A stretch of 64,000 bases of DNA, from NCBI GenBank assembly GCA_965215005.1, contig CBDCCZ010000009.1:1-64000 (forward strand), given 5' to 3'. Position numbers and translations under genes: made by a program. Of this stretch, positions 41,648 through 51,765 are shown piece after piece. The notes under the pieces are model-generated. The model had not been told where the DNA came from and searched no databases. It saw only the letters and a list, made by a program, of their open reading frames with translations. The stretch's first letter is position 1. Each line of letters opens with the position of its first letter. Source of the stretch: Kofleriaceae bacterium. Its GTDB lineage: Bacteria; Myxococcota_A; Polyangia; Haliangiales; Haliangiaceae.

Positions 41648-42058
41648 ATGCATATCAAGAACATACTGGTCCTTGTGGGGCTCGTCGCTTCCTGCGCAGG
41701 ATCCGCGGGTTGCGTCGAAGAATCCTGCGGGTGGGAAGCTGATCAAGAGCTCGCGGTCACGAAAGTCGACGGGACGTACGAGTTCACGTGGACGGAGGAC
41801 AACGTCGTCAAGATGACAATCAACGATGTTGGCGTCAGACAAGATCCAAACGAATCGGTGGACGAGGCTGTAGTTTGGCGCGTCGAAGCGGCGCCCGGTG
41901 CCAAACTTCCTTCGGGAGTTCGTTACGGGGTCGTGCCGGCCGGCGCAACCGCGCCAACTGCCGCCAAGGACCTCCAGCCAAGTGGCAATTACCGTGCGTT
42001 GGTGACGATGGAAGATCACGGCGAGGAGTGCTACGGGCACGTCGAGTTCTCGAAGTGA
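41648..42058 (+). CDS. Small lipoprotein, paralog 3
   Basis: AGGAG RBS, lipobox-like VASC/SAGC, TYEFTWTEDNV, LPSGVRYG. Confidence 0.85.
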   Translation: MHIKNILVLVGLVASCAGSAGCVEESCGWEADQELAVTKVDGTYEFTWTEDNVVKMTINDVGVRQDPNESVDEAVVWRVEAAPGAKLPSGVRYGVVPAGATAPTAAKDLQPSGNYRALVTMEDHGEECYGHVEFSK

Positions 42059-42076
42059 CGCTTGGCGGGTGTCTCG

Positions 42077-42114
42077 AGACCGAGGTTTCCGGGCCCTGGC
42101 GGGAACCTCGGTCT
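42077..42114 (+). terminator. Hairpin after the lipoprotein array (no U-tract)
   Basis: AGACCGAGGTTTCC-N10-GGGAACCTCGGTCT, 14-bp stem with one G-U pair. Confidence 0.45.
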
Positions 42115-42462
42115 AACGATTCCGGCGTAAGTCATTAAGGTGGGCGAAGTGACCACCGCTTGAGGAGACACCGAGCCGGGGCGCGTGAGCCGCAGAAATC
42201 TGCCGCGCTTGCCCCGCATAGGGGCTGCGGATTTCAGGGTTGCGGATCCCGCGGCGTCGTACCCGAGCTGCTTCGCAGCGAATGCCGAGTAAAGGTGCAA
42301 GTGAACCGCTAGCGAGCTTCATCTTTCTAAACGCGGTTCATGGTGGCATCAGGATTCTAGTGCCATTGATTGCCAGCTTGTGCCGGGCTTTGCTGTCCAT
42401 TGCATGCGCGCTGCGCCGCGGCGCGTGCGAGATTCAGCCGCAAAGCCATGAGGAGGCTGTGC

Positions 42463-42753
42463 ATGACTACTACTAATTACTTGCGTGGACTGATTGTGCT
42501 CATTTCTTTATCGTTTACTGCATGCGGTGGAAGCCAGTCCGCAACGTCAACGTCGTCCGGGGCGCCATCGAATCCGACTTCCGCCACGGCTGCCTCGTCT
42601 GACGACGAGGTCGTTTGCCATGACGAGCAGGTCACCGGAAGCCATTTGCCACGCAGGATCTGCATGAGCAGTACCGAGCGCGAGCGCCGCAGGGAGCAAG
42701 ACCAGAAGACCCTGCGGGACCGCGTGCCCGTGCAGATCAAGCCTGCTCAGTGA
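42463..42753 (+). CDS. Small lipoprotein with a C-x5-TGSH-x5-C motif
   Basis: AGGAGG RBS, lipobox FTAC, Ser-rich linker, VVCHDEQVTGSHLPRRIC. Confidence 0.8.
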   Translation: MTTTNYLRGLIVLISLSFTACGGSQSATSTSSGAPSNPTSATAASSDDEVVCHDEQVTGSHLPRRICMSSTERERRREQDQKTLRDRVPVQIKPAQ

Positions 42754-42813
42754 GCCGCTAACGAGCTAGGCGGCGGCTGCACAACGCCGCTCGGTACGGA
42801 TCCGCGGCGTTGC

Positions 42814-42883
42814 CAGCCGCCAGCCGCTGCCGAAAGCCAGCGGCTGCCAAAGCCAGCCGTCGCCGAAAGCCAGCCGTCGCCGG
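42814..42883. repeat. Imperfect short tandem repeat of about 18 bp
   Basis: Recurrent CAGCCGYYGCCGAAAGC-like units in intergenic DNA. Confidence 0.6.
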
Positions 42884-42969
42884 AGAAGGTTGCCCTCAGC
42901 GCGGCTTGATGAGATCTCACAGGCGTCGCGAGCGGCTGCGCCGCGGCCTGTAGCGGCGTAAGGTGAGGT

Positions 42970-43863
42970 GTGAGCTTCTTCGACCGATTTCGTCGCAAGC
43001 CTAGCGACTCCGCCAGCGATGGCGGAGACGCGCCCGTGGTGGTCTCGTCGCAGGCCATCGACTTGGCGCATGCGGCTGCCGATCATCTGCGGTTGCTCTA
43101 TCCAGACGCCGCGGGTGCCGTGCAGCTCACGTTCGAGACCGGCGAGAGCGGCTTGATCATCGCGGCCGCCGAGCTCGAGAGTCTGGCCGAGGAGCCGCCT
43201 CCGGACGTGCTCGTGGACGCGACCGAGCTGCGGCGAGCTCTTTTGCTCGAGGCCGTCGAGCAACTGTTGCGTGCGCTGGGCGTGCCGGAGGAACGTGCGA
43301 CGGCCTTCGAGCTGAAAGTATGGCCAGAACGGCTGTCCGTTCTCGGTTTCGAGATCGCCATCGACGAGCAGCGGTTGATGTATGGCGCTGCGTTCATGGC
43401 GGCGCTGCGGGCTTCGGCCGACGCGGCGATGCGTCGTCAAGAGGAGCTGCAAGCGGCGATGGCCGCGCTCGGCATGCGCCGCGTGAGCTGGGATCGCGAG
43501 GGCGGTTCTTTGTATTTGGTGGCAGCCGACGAGGCCGAGGTTGCCCGTGTGCCCGCCGATCTGCTGGGTACGTTCGCCGAAGCTGGCTCGTGGTGGTGGG
43601 CGTGGGCCGATGATGAGCTCGACCCCGCTCACGTCGCTGCCTCGCGCGTCCTACGCGAACGTGGCGCCAGCGCCGGTTTGGCCGTACTCGGCGCTCCGCA
43701 GTTCCCCTGTACGGCGCCGTTTGCTCTCACGCTGGCGCAGCTTGGCGCCGCTGAGCTGGGGGAGCGGGCATTCTGGCGGTGGCAGCAGGGCGGGGTGCAG
43801 CGATTCTTCGCCGTCGATCCCAATGACGTTGTGGCCATTGCAGGGGATTCTCGACGCGAATGA
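42970..43863 (+). CDS. Hypothetical protein with a C-terminal DUF6882-like domain
   Basis: WDREGGSL...LLGTFAEAGSWWWAWAD motif. Confidence 0.7.
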   Translation: MSFFDRFRRKPSDSASDGGDAPVVVSSQAIDLAHAAADHLRLLYPDAAGAVQLTFETGESGLIIAAAELESLAEEPPPDVLVDATELRRALLLEAVEQLLRALGVPEERATAFELKVWPERLSVLGFEIAIDEQRLMYGAAFMAALRASADAAMRRQEELQAAMAALGMRRVSWDREGGSLYLVAADEAEVARVPADLLGTFAEAGSWWWAWADDELDPAHVAASRVLRERGASAGLAVLGAPQFPCTAPFALTLAQLGAAELGERAFWRWQQGGVQRFFAVDPNDVVAIAGDSRRE

Positions 43864-43879
43864 ATAGGGACTAAGCAAC

Positions 43880-43941
43880 CCTCGAGCCGCCGCAGGAGGC
43901 ACTCGAGCCGTCGCAACGGGCGCTGGAGCCGCCGCAAGGGG
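43880..43941. repeat. Three imperfect 21-bp tandem repeats between convergent genes
   Basis: CTSGAGCCGYCGCA core at 43881, 43902 and 43923. Confidence 0.65.
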
Positions 43942-44006
43942 CCCACGAGAAGCGGTAACCCGCCCTCGTGGTCGGCGCAGGCGAGTACCGCGATTCCCGC
44001 TGCGGA

Positions 44007-45214
44007 TTACTCGAGCGCGACGAGCGCCTCGCGCATCCGGGCGAGACCGGAGCGGATGTCATCCATCGAGCAGGCGTAGGAGAGCCGCGCAAATCCCGGA
44101 GCTCCAAATCCCGAGCCCGGCACGATTGCCACTTGGCCCTGCTCTACGAGGTATTCACAAAGCTTTACGTCGCTGCCGATGATGTCGCCACTTGCGGTCT
44201 TCTTGCCCAGGTAGCTCGATACATCTGGAAACGCGTAGAACGCGCCGTTGGGCTCGCGACAGCGCACATCCGGAATGGCATTTAAAAGCTCGACCATCGC
44301 CTTGCGCCGCTCGTCGAAGGCGACGCGCATCTGTGCCACGCACTCTTGCGAACCGGTGATGGCCGCGAGCGCGGCGACTTGCGCAACGTGTGACGGGCCG
44401 GAGGTCGACTGCCCCTGGAGCTTGGCCATGGCTTTGACGAGCTCGACCGGACCGGCGCAGTAGCCGATGCGATAGCCCGTCATGGCGTAGGTCTTGCTCA
44501 CGCCATCGACCAAGATGGTGTGAGCCGCGGTCGCCGCCGAAAGCGACGCGAACGAGACGTATTCGGCATCGCCGTACACGAGCGAGCGATAGATATCGTC
44601 GGAAATGACCCAGATGCCGTGCTCGAGGACGACGTCGGCCAGGGCTTCGAGCTGGGCGCGGGTGTAGAGCGCGCCGGTTGGGTTGGACGGCGTGTTGAGC
44701 ACCAGCGCGCGCGTCTTCGGGGTGATGGCGGCGGCGAGCGCGGCCGGATCGAGTGCAAACCCGTTGCTCGCCTTGGTCTCGACGATCACCGGCTCGCCGC
44801 CGGCGAGCTTGACCATATCGGGATAGCTCACCCAGTACGGCGCCGGGATGATGACCTCGTCACCATCATCGAGCATGGCCATGCAGATGTTGAAAAGGCT
44901 ATGCTTAGCGCCGCAGTCGACGATTACCTGCTCGCTCGTGATGTCGGTGCCGTGGGTTTGGGAGAGGTCTTGGGCGACCGCGCTGCGCAGCGCGGCAGTG
45001 CCCATCACGTGGGTGTACTTGCCTACGTTGCCGCTCTCGAGCCCGTGGCGCACCGCATCTTTGATGTGCTCAGGCGTGTCGAAGTCGGGCTCGCCGGCGC
45101 CGAAGCTGATGACATCGAGCCCCCTGGCTTTGAGCTCCGCCGCTTTGGCCGTGACGGCCATGGTGATCGAGGGCTTGACGCGGTCGAGCCGCGCCGAGGT
45201 TCGCATCTTGGCTT

Positions 45215-45218
<4 letters not shown>
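44007..45218 (-). CDS. aspC: PLP-dependent class I/II (aspartate) aminotransferase
   Basis: GAGEPDFDTP, PYWVSY, NTPSNPTG, SDDIY, SKTYAMTGYRIG. Confidence 0.93.
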
Positions 45219-45733
<515 letters not shown>

Positions 45734-46288
45734 GCGCTCTTCCCGTCGATAGATGGACACTTCCGTGTCCCCGTAGCGGCGACGATCCGTTCTTACCAAA
45801 CATCCGTAGCGAGCATCAGGTGCGCGGCGCCGGTCGTGCTCGAGGATTACGGTTGCCGCCGCGCCGAGCAGCTCGCCGTCGCCAAGCAGCGCCAGCACGC
45901 GCGCGCCGAGCTCGCTGCGATACGGCGGGTCGAGGAACACCCATTCGAACTGCTGGCCGCTGCGCTGCAGCCGTTCTAACACCCGCAGCGCGTCGCCAAA
46001 CAGCACCTCACTGCGGGCCTCTAGACCGAGACTAGCGACGTTGTCGCGGATGCAGCGCAGCGCCGTCCGATTCGACTCGACCAGCACCGCTCGCGCCGCG
46101 CCACGCGAGAGTGCCTCCATCGCCAAGCTTCCCGAGCCGGCGAACAAATCGAGCACGCGAGTCTGCTCCGGCGGCGGCCCCAGCACGCTGAACAGCGCCT
46201 CGCGCACCCGATCCGCGGTCGGTCGCGTTGCCGCGCCGGCGGGGGCGCGAAGCCGCCGACCACCAAGACTGCCTGCCACAATGCGCAC
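45734..46288 (-). CDS. rsmD: 16S rRNA m2G966 methyltransferase, read in frame into coaD with no stop codon
   Basis: RIVAG...RPTADRVREALF, LDLFAGSG, FLDPPY, RRYG. Confidence 0.9.
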
Positions 46289-46365
46289 CGCGGCAGGATA
46301 CCCGTCGCAGTGGGCGGGGCGCGATGTTGCTGCGAAGTGTGATGGAGCGGTACCATCGGCGCTCC

Positions 46366-47943
46366 ATGCCGAGCTCCGGGGAGAATCTGGCCGCGCGTCT
46401 GCTCGACGCTGCGCTCGAGCGCGGCTGGGAGTCGCGCCCGGCGCTGCACGAAGGCTCTCGCTCATGGACGTTTGCGCAGCTCCGCGACCAAACCGCGCGG
46501 CTCTCGACGGTGCTGCGGATGCTGCGCATCGGCCGCGGCGAGCGCGTCGCGGTGCTCATGCACGATTGTCTCGAAGCTGCCGCCGCGGTCCTCGGCATCA
46601 TCCACGCCGGCGCCGTCGCGGTGCCAATCAGCGAGCTCGCGCGCCCCCTCGACGTCCGCGACGTCATGCAGCACGCCGGCGCGGTGGCGGTCATCGTCGA
46701 TGCCGATCTCGAACCTGGCCTCGACGAGGTGCGGGCACAGCTGGGCGAGCTTCGCGAAGTGCTGTGCGTGGGTGGGCACGGCCCGGGCGAGCGCGATCTT
46801 CACAGCATGCTGCGGTCGGCCGCACCGGGAACCGCTGCGCCGGTGGAGCCGAGCGACGTCGCGATGATCTTTTATCCGCAGCTCGGCCTCGAAGAAGATC
46901 TGCTCGGAGTTCCGCACGTTCACGCCACTCCACTCTTGGCGTTCGAGGCCCTCGGCCAGCGCGTCATCGGCCTTGCCGCAACCGATCGCGTGCTGTCGCT
47001 CGTACGGCTTTCCACCTCTTACGGTCTCGGAATGGGCCTGTTCTTTCCGCTTGCCGCGGGCGCCGAATCGGTGCTGTTGCCCGAGCAAGCGCACAGCGAA
47101 GCGGTTTTTACTGCCCTCGCGGCGGCCGATCCCACCGTGCTGCTCGCGACGCCCTCGGTCTATGGCCAGCTCGCCCGCGACGCCGAAAGCGCCGGCGCGC
47201 AGCGGCCGCTGGCGCGCCTACGGCTGTGTATCTCCGGCGCGGAGGGAATGCCGCCGCAGCTGATTCCCAAGGTGCGCGAGGTGTTGGGCGCCGAGGTTGT
47301 GGTCGGCTACGGGCTCACCGAAGCGTTCCAACTAGTGCTCGCGGGAACCGCCGCCGACGGCGCTCGCGGTGCGTGCGGCCGGCCGATTCCGGGATTCGAG
47401 GCGCGCATCATCGATGACGAAGGCGTGCCGGTCGCGGCCGATGTCATCGGCACCCTGCAGCTGCGGGGGCCGACGGTGCTCACCCGCTATTGGGCTGGAC
47501 GTGAGGCCGATGCCTTCACTGACGGCTGGTTCACCACCCGGGACCGCTTCATGACGGATGACAGCGGGACCTTTCATCACTGTGGGCGCGTCGATGACCG
47601 CTTCAAGGTCGGCGGCAAGTGGCTCTCACCCGCCGAGGTCGAGCGCGCGCTCCTTGCCCACGAAGCAGTCTGGGAATGCGCTGTTATCGGCGCTGAGGAT
47701 GAAGATGGGCTTACCAAGCCGCTGGCGATCGTGGTCGCCAACATCGGTCACGACGGCGGTCCGATGCTGGAAGCGGAGCTGCGGGAGTACGTAAAAGACT
47801 CCCTCACCCCCTACAAGTATCCGCGGTGGATTGAGTTCGTCGACTCGCTGCCCAAGGGGCCCACCGGTAAAGTTCTGCGTTACAAGCTGCGGCCCTCGGG
47901 CCGACTGCGGCGCGCCGAAACCGGTACTGACGGCAGCTGGTAA
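46366..47943 (+). CDS. AMP-binding (benzoate-CoA ligase-like) protein with a degenerate P-loop
   Basis: SYGLG, YGLTE, GWFTTRD, GRVDD, YKYPR, LPKGPTGK; P-loop position reads YPQLGLEEDLLG. Confidence 0.8.
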   Translation: MPSSGENLAARLLDAALERGWESRPALHEGSRSWTFAQLRDQTARLSTVLRMLRIGRGERVAVLMHDCLEAAAAVLGIIHAGAVAVPISELARPLDVRDVMQHAGAVAVIVDADLEPGLDEVRAQLGELREVLCVGGHGPGERDLHSMLRSAAPGTAAPVEPSDVAMIFYPQLGLEEDLLGVPHVHATPLLAFEALGQRVIGLAATDRVLSLVRLSTSYGLGMGLFFPLAAGAESVLLPEQAHSEAVFTALAAADPTVLLATPSVYGQLARDAESAGAQRPLARLRLCISGAEGMPPQLIPKVREVLGAEVVVGYGLTEAFQLVLAGTAADGARGACGRPIPGFEARIIDDEGVPVAADVIGTLQLRGPTVLTRYWAGREADAFTDGWFTTRDRFMTDDSGTFHHCGRVDDRFKVGGKWLSPAEVERALLAHEAVWECAVIGAEDEDGLTKPLAIVVANIGHDGGPMLEAELREYVKDSLTPYKYPRWIEFVDSLPKGPTGKVLRYKLRPSGRLRRAETGTDGSW

Positions 47944-48527
47944 TTCCTCTGCTGCACGCCGCCGCGGGGAAGGTGCGCCCGTTTCCCCGGTCGTTACAAC
48001 CGTGGCGGCGATAACAGCTTTAGCGCGCGAAATCGAAGCATGTTCGGATGGGCCGCCTCGAGCCGAATACTCGGCGGCAGTTGCCGCCTGGGACAAAATC
48101 CGACTCAGGCGACTCCCGACTGAGCCCGAATCATCGGCTACTGCGCTCGCCGCTCAGGTGGCTGCTCGGCCCGCCACTCTACTGGCAGCCGGCTCTGGCC
48201 TTTGGCAGAAACTGCTTGAAACTTGAAGGGTTAGACGCGGTGCAGCATGGCGCGCTGGGCGCTGCTGCTTGGGGCAACGTGCCCCGCTGCTAACTCTTGG
48301 CAGCGATACCCAAACGCATCACCTGCGACGTCTCCGCTACAATTCGACTCCGGATCCGGAGCACCAACATTCCTTACCTGCGCTAACCACTTCTAACGAT
48401 CTCGTGCGGTTTCTGTGATCGTTGTGTGTCAGGCCAACAAACATCCCAGTGGGGTGAAATATTGGCCTGAGCATTGCGATAGCGCCGGCTCGGACCAGGC
48501 GAGACCTGGTCGCGAAAGGAGCTTCCC

Positions 48528-51500
48528 TTGCGTCGACGAACCACCAAGCCGACCTCCACGACTCCCGCGCTTCGGCGCCTCGGACTGGCCACGCCCCCGC
48601 CTTTCGTCGGCAGGCAGCGCGAGCTCGCCGCGTTGGGAGAGGCGCTGTCGGCGGGCTCTCCGCTGGTGGTTCGGGGGGCGGTGGGCTCGGGCAAGACTCG
48701 CTTGGCGCGCCAGCTTGCGCTCAGCGAGCATGTCATTGGCTATCGCGTCGCGCATATCCGCTGCGAGCCGGGGGATGTCGGCATCGCGGTGCGAGCCCGC
48801 GCCGAACGCGCGCTTGCGGCCCTGCCGGGATCGTTGCCGTCGCTGCTGACCACCGCCGAGGTGCTCCTGGTTCTCGACGACGTTCACCACCTCGCGGAAG
48901 AGGACATCGCCCGGACGCTGGCGGGGCTCGTTGCCGAAGACGAAGCGAGCGGGCGCGGTCGCTTGCTCCTCTTGACCCGCGACGCGCTGCCGATTCGCCG
49001 CGACGTCGGACGGTTTGAGCTCGACCTCGAAGGCCTCGACGAAGCCGCTGCACGGGAGCTTTGGCATCACCTCGAGGAAACCTACGGCCCCACCGCGGCA
49101 GGGGCTTGCGACGATGCACTTGCGTTCACCCGCGGCATGCCGCTGGCGCTGCGCCGAGAATACGCGCGCTCTCTCTTTGGCACCGATGCCTGGCTCACGA
49201 GCGCGTTGCCCCGCTCGACGCGGCGTGCTCTGGAAGCGGTCGCGGTGTTGCGCGTGCCGGCGGCCCCGGCAGCGCTCGCCGCGCTGATCTCGCACGACGA
49301 AACCGAGCAAGCCCTCATCGATTTGGTGTCGCGTCAGCTCGTCGACCCCCTCCAGGACGGCCGCTTCAGCATCCATGATGTCGTGCGCGACGACGTGCTT
49401 GAGTGCATGGAAGAGCAATCACGGCGCGTGCTCGAGCGCGCCGCTGCAGAGCTCGTCGCAACCGCCGGACGCGGGCTTCCGCAGTCCCGGCGCGTGGCGT
49501 GGGATGCCGGTGATGACGGTGCGCTGGGGCACCTCGACCCGGTCGACCGGTTGCGCGAGGCGGTGCTGCATCTGTTGGCGGCGGGTGATCCGGCGGCGGC
49601 GCTGGCGCGGCTGCAAGACGGCGAGTCGGTCGCCCTGTTGCGCGGTGCGAGCGGGGAGCTCATCGCCATCATTGACGCCATCGCTCGTGTAGCAGACGCG
49701 TCGCTCCAGGCACCGTTGCGGGCGGCGCGCGCGCGGATCGCGCTGCGGCAGGGGCGGGTGGCTGAAGCGCTCGAGCTGGCCAGCGATGCAAACGTGCTCA
49801 GCGCCGCTCAGCGTGCCTGGCTGCAGTATTGCTCGGGGCAGATCGCTGGCGCTCGCAGCGAGCTCGAGCGTGAGCTCAGCAGCGACGAGCCGGCGACGCG
49901 CTGCCAGGCCGCCGCGCTGCTCGTCGAGCTCGAGCTCGCCAGCGGCAATCGCGCCCGCGCCGAAGCCTTGGTGACGACCGCTCTGGAGCGAGATCGCAAC
50001 GCCCTCGACGATACCGGCCGAGCGCGTTTGCACTTGGCGATGACTGCGGTGCTCGAGCACGCGGGGCAGGTGAGCGCGGCGCGCGCTGCGCTGGCGCGGA
50101 TTGGCGGACAGCTCGACGCCGGGCTGGCGGCGCGTGTCGCGGCTCGTCGTGCGGTGTGTTTGGCGCGCGAGGGGCGGCTGGCGGAGGCCGACACGGCGCT
50201 CGCCGACGCCGAGCAACAGGCGCTCGAGGTCGATGAGGCGTGGGTGGCGGAGGAGCTCATCGCTGCGCGTGCGATGCTGCTGGCGCGGCGCGGGGCGCTG
50301 CTCGAGGCCGAGGCGACGCTGCGCGCGCTGGTGTCGGCGCGGCGCGAGCGCGGGGATGAGGTCGGCGCGCTGGTCGTGGAGCTCGAGCTTGCAGCGGTGC
50401 TGCTGCGGCGCGGAGTGCTCGCCGCCGCTTGCGAGCTCGCCGCTGCTTGCAGCGCCTCGGCAGCACGCCGCGGCCTCGCCGAGCTGGCGGCGCGGGCCCG
50501 GTTGATTGCGGCTACGATCGATGCGCGCGAGCTGCGGCTGGCGGAGGCGCGGCACGAGCTCGAGGCGCTGATCGCGAGCCAGGCTTCGGCCGCGGTGCGC
50601 TCGGCTGCCGAGCTCGCGCTTGCTGAGGTGAACGCATGGGCGGGGGAGGGGGTTGGCCAGGCACCGCTGGACGAGGAGCTGCGCGACGCCATCGACCTTG
50701 GCAGTGCGCGCGCTGCCGCGCATCTGGCCGCGGGGGACGGCTCTGCGGCCGCCGCGATGGCCCGCTCGGTCGCGGTTCGCGCCGAGCGGTCCGGTCGCGC
50801 GGCAGAGCTTGCCGATGCGTTGGCGCTGGCGGCACGGCTGCAGCTGGCGCGCGGTGACAAAGACGGCGCGGTCGCCGCGGCGACTCGTGCCGCGCGCGAA
50901 GCCTCGAGCTGCGGCATGGAGCAAGCGCGAGTGACGGCGCTCTTGGTGTTGGCCGCAGTGGCACGCGACGAGGGCGCTGTGACGGTGGCCTCGGACTATG
51001 CCCGCGACGCGGCGCGTATTGCGGTCGCCGCGGGGTTGCCGGTCGAGCGGTTGGTCGCCGCCGAGGCGTTGGAAGCCATCGCCGATGCCGGCGATGCCAG
51101 CGCTGCGGAAGCACGCAACGCCGCCGCCGCCACCATGAGCCAAGCGGCGCTCGACGCCGCCGGCCGACTGCTCTCCGATCTCGGTCTCACCGCCGCGCGG
51201 CCCTATCGGCTGGTTTCCGCCACCGGCACCGATAGTTTGGTTGCCGATGCCAATCCCGACCTGTTGCGCATGGGCGATCGCAATCTCGCGGTCGATGGTA
51301 TTCGCGAGGTAATCGTCCGCGACGGCGCTCAGATCGCCGACTTGCGCCGGCGCAGCCTGCTAAAGCGGCTGCTGTTCCTATTTGCCGGTGCCCCCGGGCG
51401 GGTCTTCTCCAAAGAGGAGATCGTCCAGACGGTGTGGGACGTGGAGTACCACCCGCTTCGTCACGACGCGGCGCTGTTCACCAACATCATGCGAATTCGC

Positions 51501-51611
51501 CGGCTGCTCGGCAGCGACGGCGCGGACCTCATCCGGGTCAACGAAGAAGGCTATCGCTTCGTGCCGCCCAAAGACTTCTTGTTCGTCGAGATAGCGCGCG
51601 CGGCGAGCTGA
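48528..51611 (+). CDS. Large regulator: P-loop NTPase, TPR-like helices and C-terminal winged-helix (Trans_reg_C-like) domain
   Basis: FVGRQREL, GAVGSGKT, LVLDDVH, GMPLAL, HDVVR; C-terminal FSKEEIVQTVW...IRRLL...EGYRF. Confidence 0.82.
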   Translation: MRRRTTKPTSTTPALRRLGLATPPPFVGRQRELAALGEALSAGSPLVVRGAVGSGKTRLARQLALSEHVIGYRVAHIRCEPGDVGIAVRARAERALAALPGSLPSLLTTAEVLLVLDDVHHLAEEDIARTLAGLVAEDEASGRGRLLLLTRDALPIRRDVGRFELDLEGLDEAAARELWHHLEETYGPTAAGACDDALAFTRGMPLALRREYARSLFGTDAWLTSALPRSTRRALEAVAVLRVPAAPAALAALISHDETEQALIDLVSRQLVDPLQDGRFSIHDVVRDDVLECMEEQSRRVLERAAAELVATAGRGLPQSRRVAWDAGDDGALGHLDPVDRLREAVLHLLAAGDPAAALARLQDGESVALLRGASGELIAIIDAIARVADASLQAPLRAARARIALRQGRVAEALELASDANVLSAAQRAWLQYCSGQIAGARSELERELSSDEPATRCQAAALLVELELASGNRARAEALVTTALERDRNALDDTGRARLHLAMTAVLEHAGQVSAARAALARIGGQLDAGLAARVAARRAVCLAREGRLAEADTALADAEQQALEVDEAWVAEELIAARAMLLARRGALLEAEATLRALVSARRERGDEVGALVVELELAAVLLRRGVLAAACELAAACSASAARRGLAELAARARLIAATIDARELRLAEARHELEALIASQASAAVRSAAELALAEVNAWAGEGVGQAPLDEELRDAIDLGSARAAAHLAAGDGSAAAAMARSVAVRAERSGRAAELADALALAARLQLARGDKDGAVAAATRAAREASSCGMEQARVTALLVLAAVARDEGAVTVASDYARDAARIAVAAGLPVERLVAAEALEAIADAGDASAAEARNAAAATMSQAALDAAGRLLSDLGLTAARPYRLVSATGTDSLVADANPDLLRMGDRNLAVDGIREVIVRDGAQIADLRRRSLLKRLLFLFAGAPGRVFSKEEIVQTVWDVEYHPLRHDAALFTNIMRIRRLLGSDGADLIRVNEEGYRFVPPKDFLFVEIARAAS

Positions 51612-51645
51612 CCGGGCGAGGGTGCGCTTGCCGCGTGCGGCAGTC

Positions 51646-51743
51646 GACCCGCGGCCGCGGCCGCGGGTCACCTGCTAGCGGGGCGGGTGATCAATCCCGC
51701 GGCGGCGCGCTAGTGGTTCACGGCGGAAGTCGTGAACCACTAG
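51646..51743. other. Cluster of strong inverted repeats between convergent genes
   Basis: Perfect 24-bp palindrome at 51646-51669; 15-bp stem with GGAA loop at 51710-51743. Confidence 0.7.
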
Positions 51744-51765
51744 AAAAACAACAATCAACGAGTGC

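Noticed and set aside
22946..42753. Mobile genomic island or prophage
   Set aside because: No integrase, transposase, phage gene or flanking direct repeat seen
47944..48527. ncRNA, riboswitch or small CDS in the long intergenic region
   Set aside because: No recognisable family motif by eye; needs a covariance-model search
49419..51143. Long antisense and alternate-frame ORFs (also 27785..28996, 31401..32630, 46041..47417, 59109..60110)
   Set aside because: Shadow ORFs expected at high GC; they overlap well-supported genes and show no recognisable motifs
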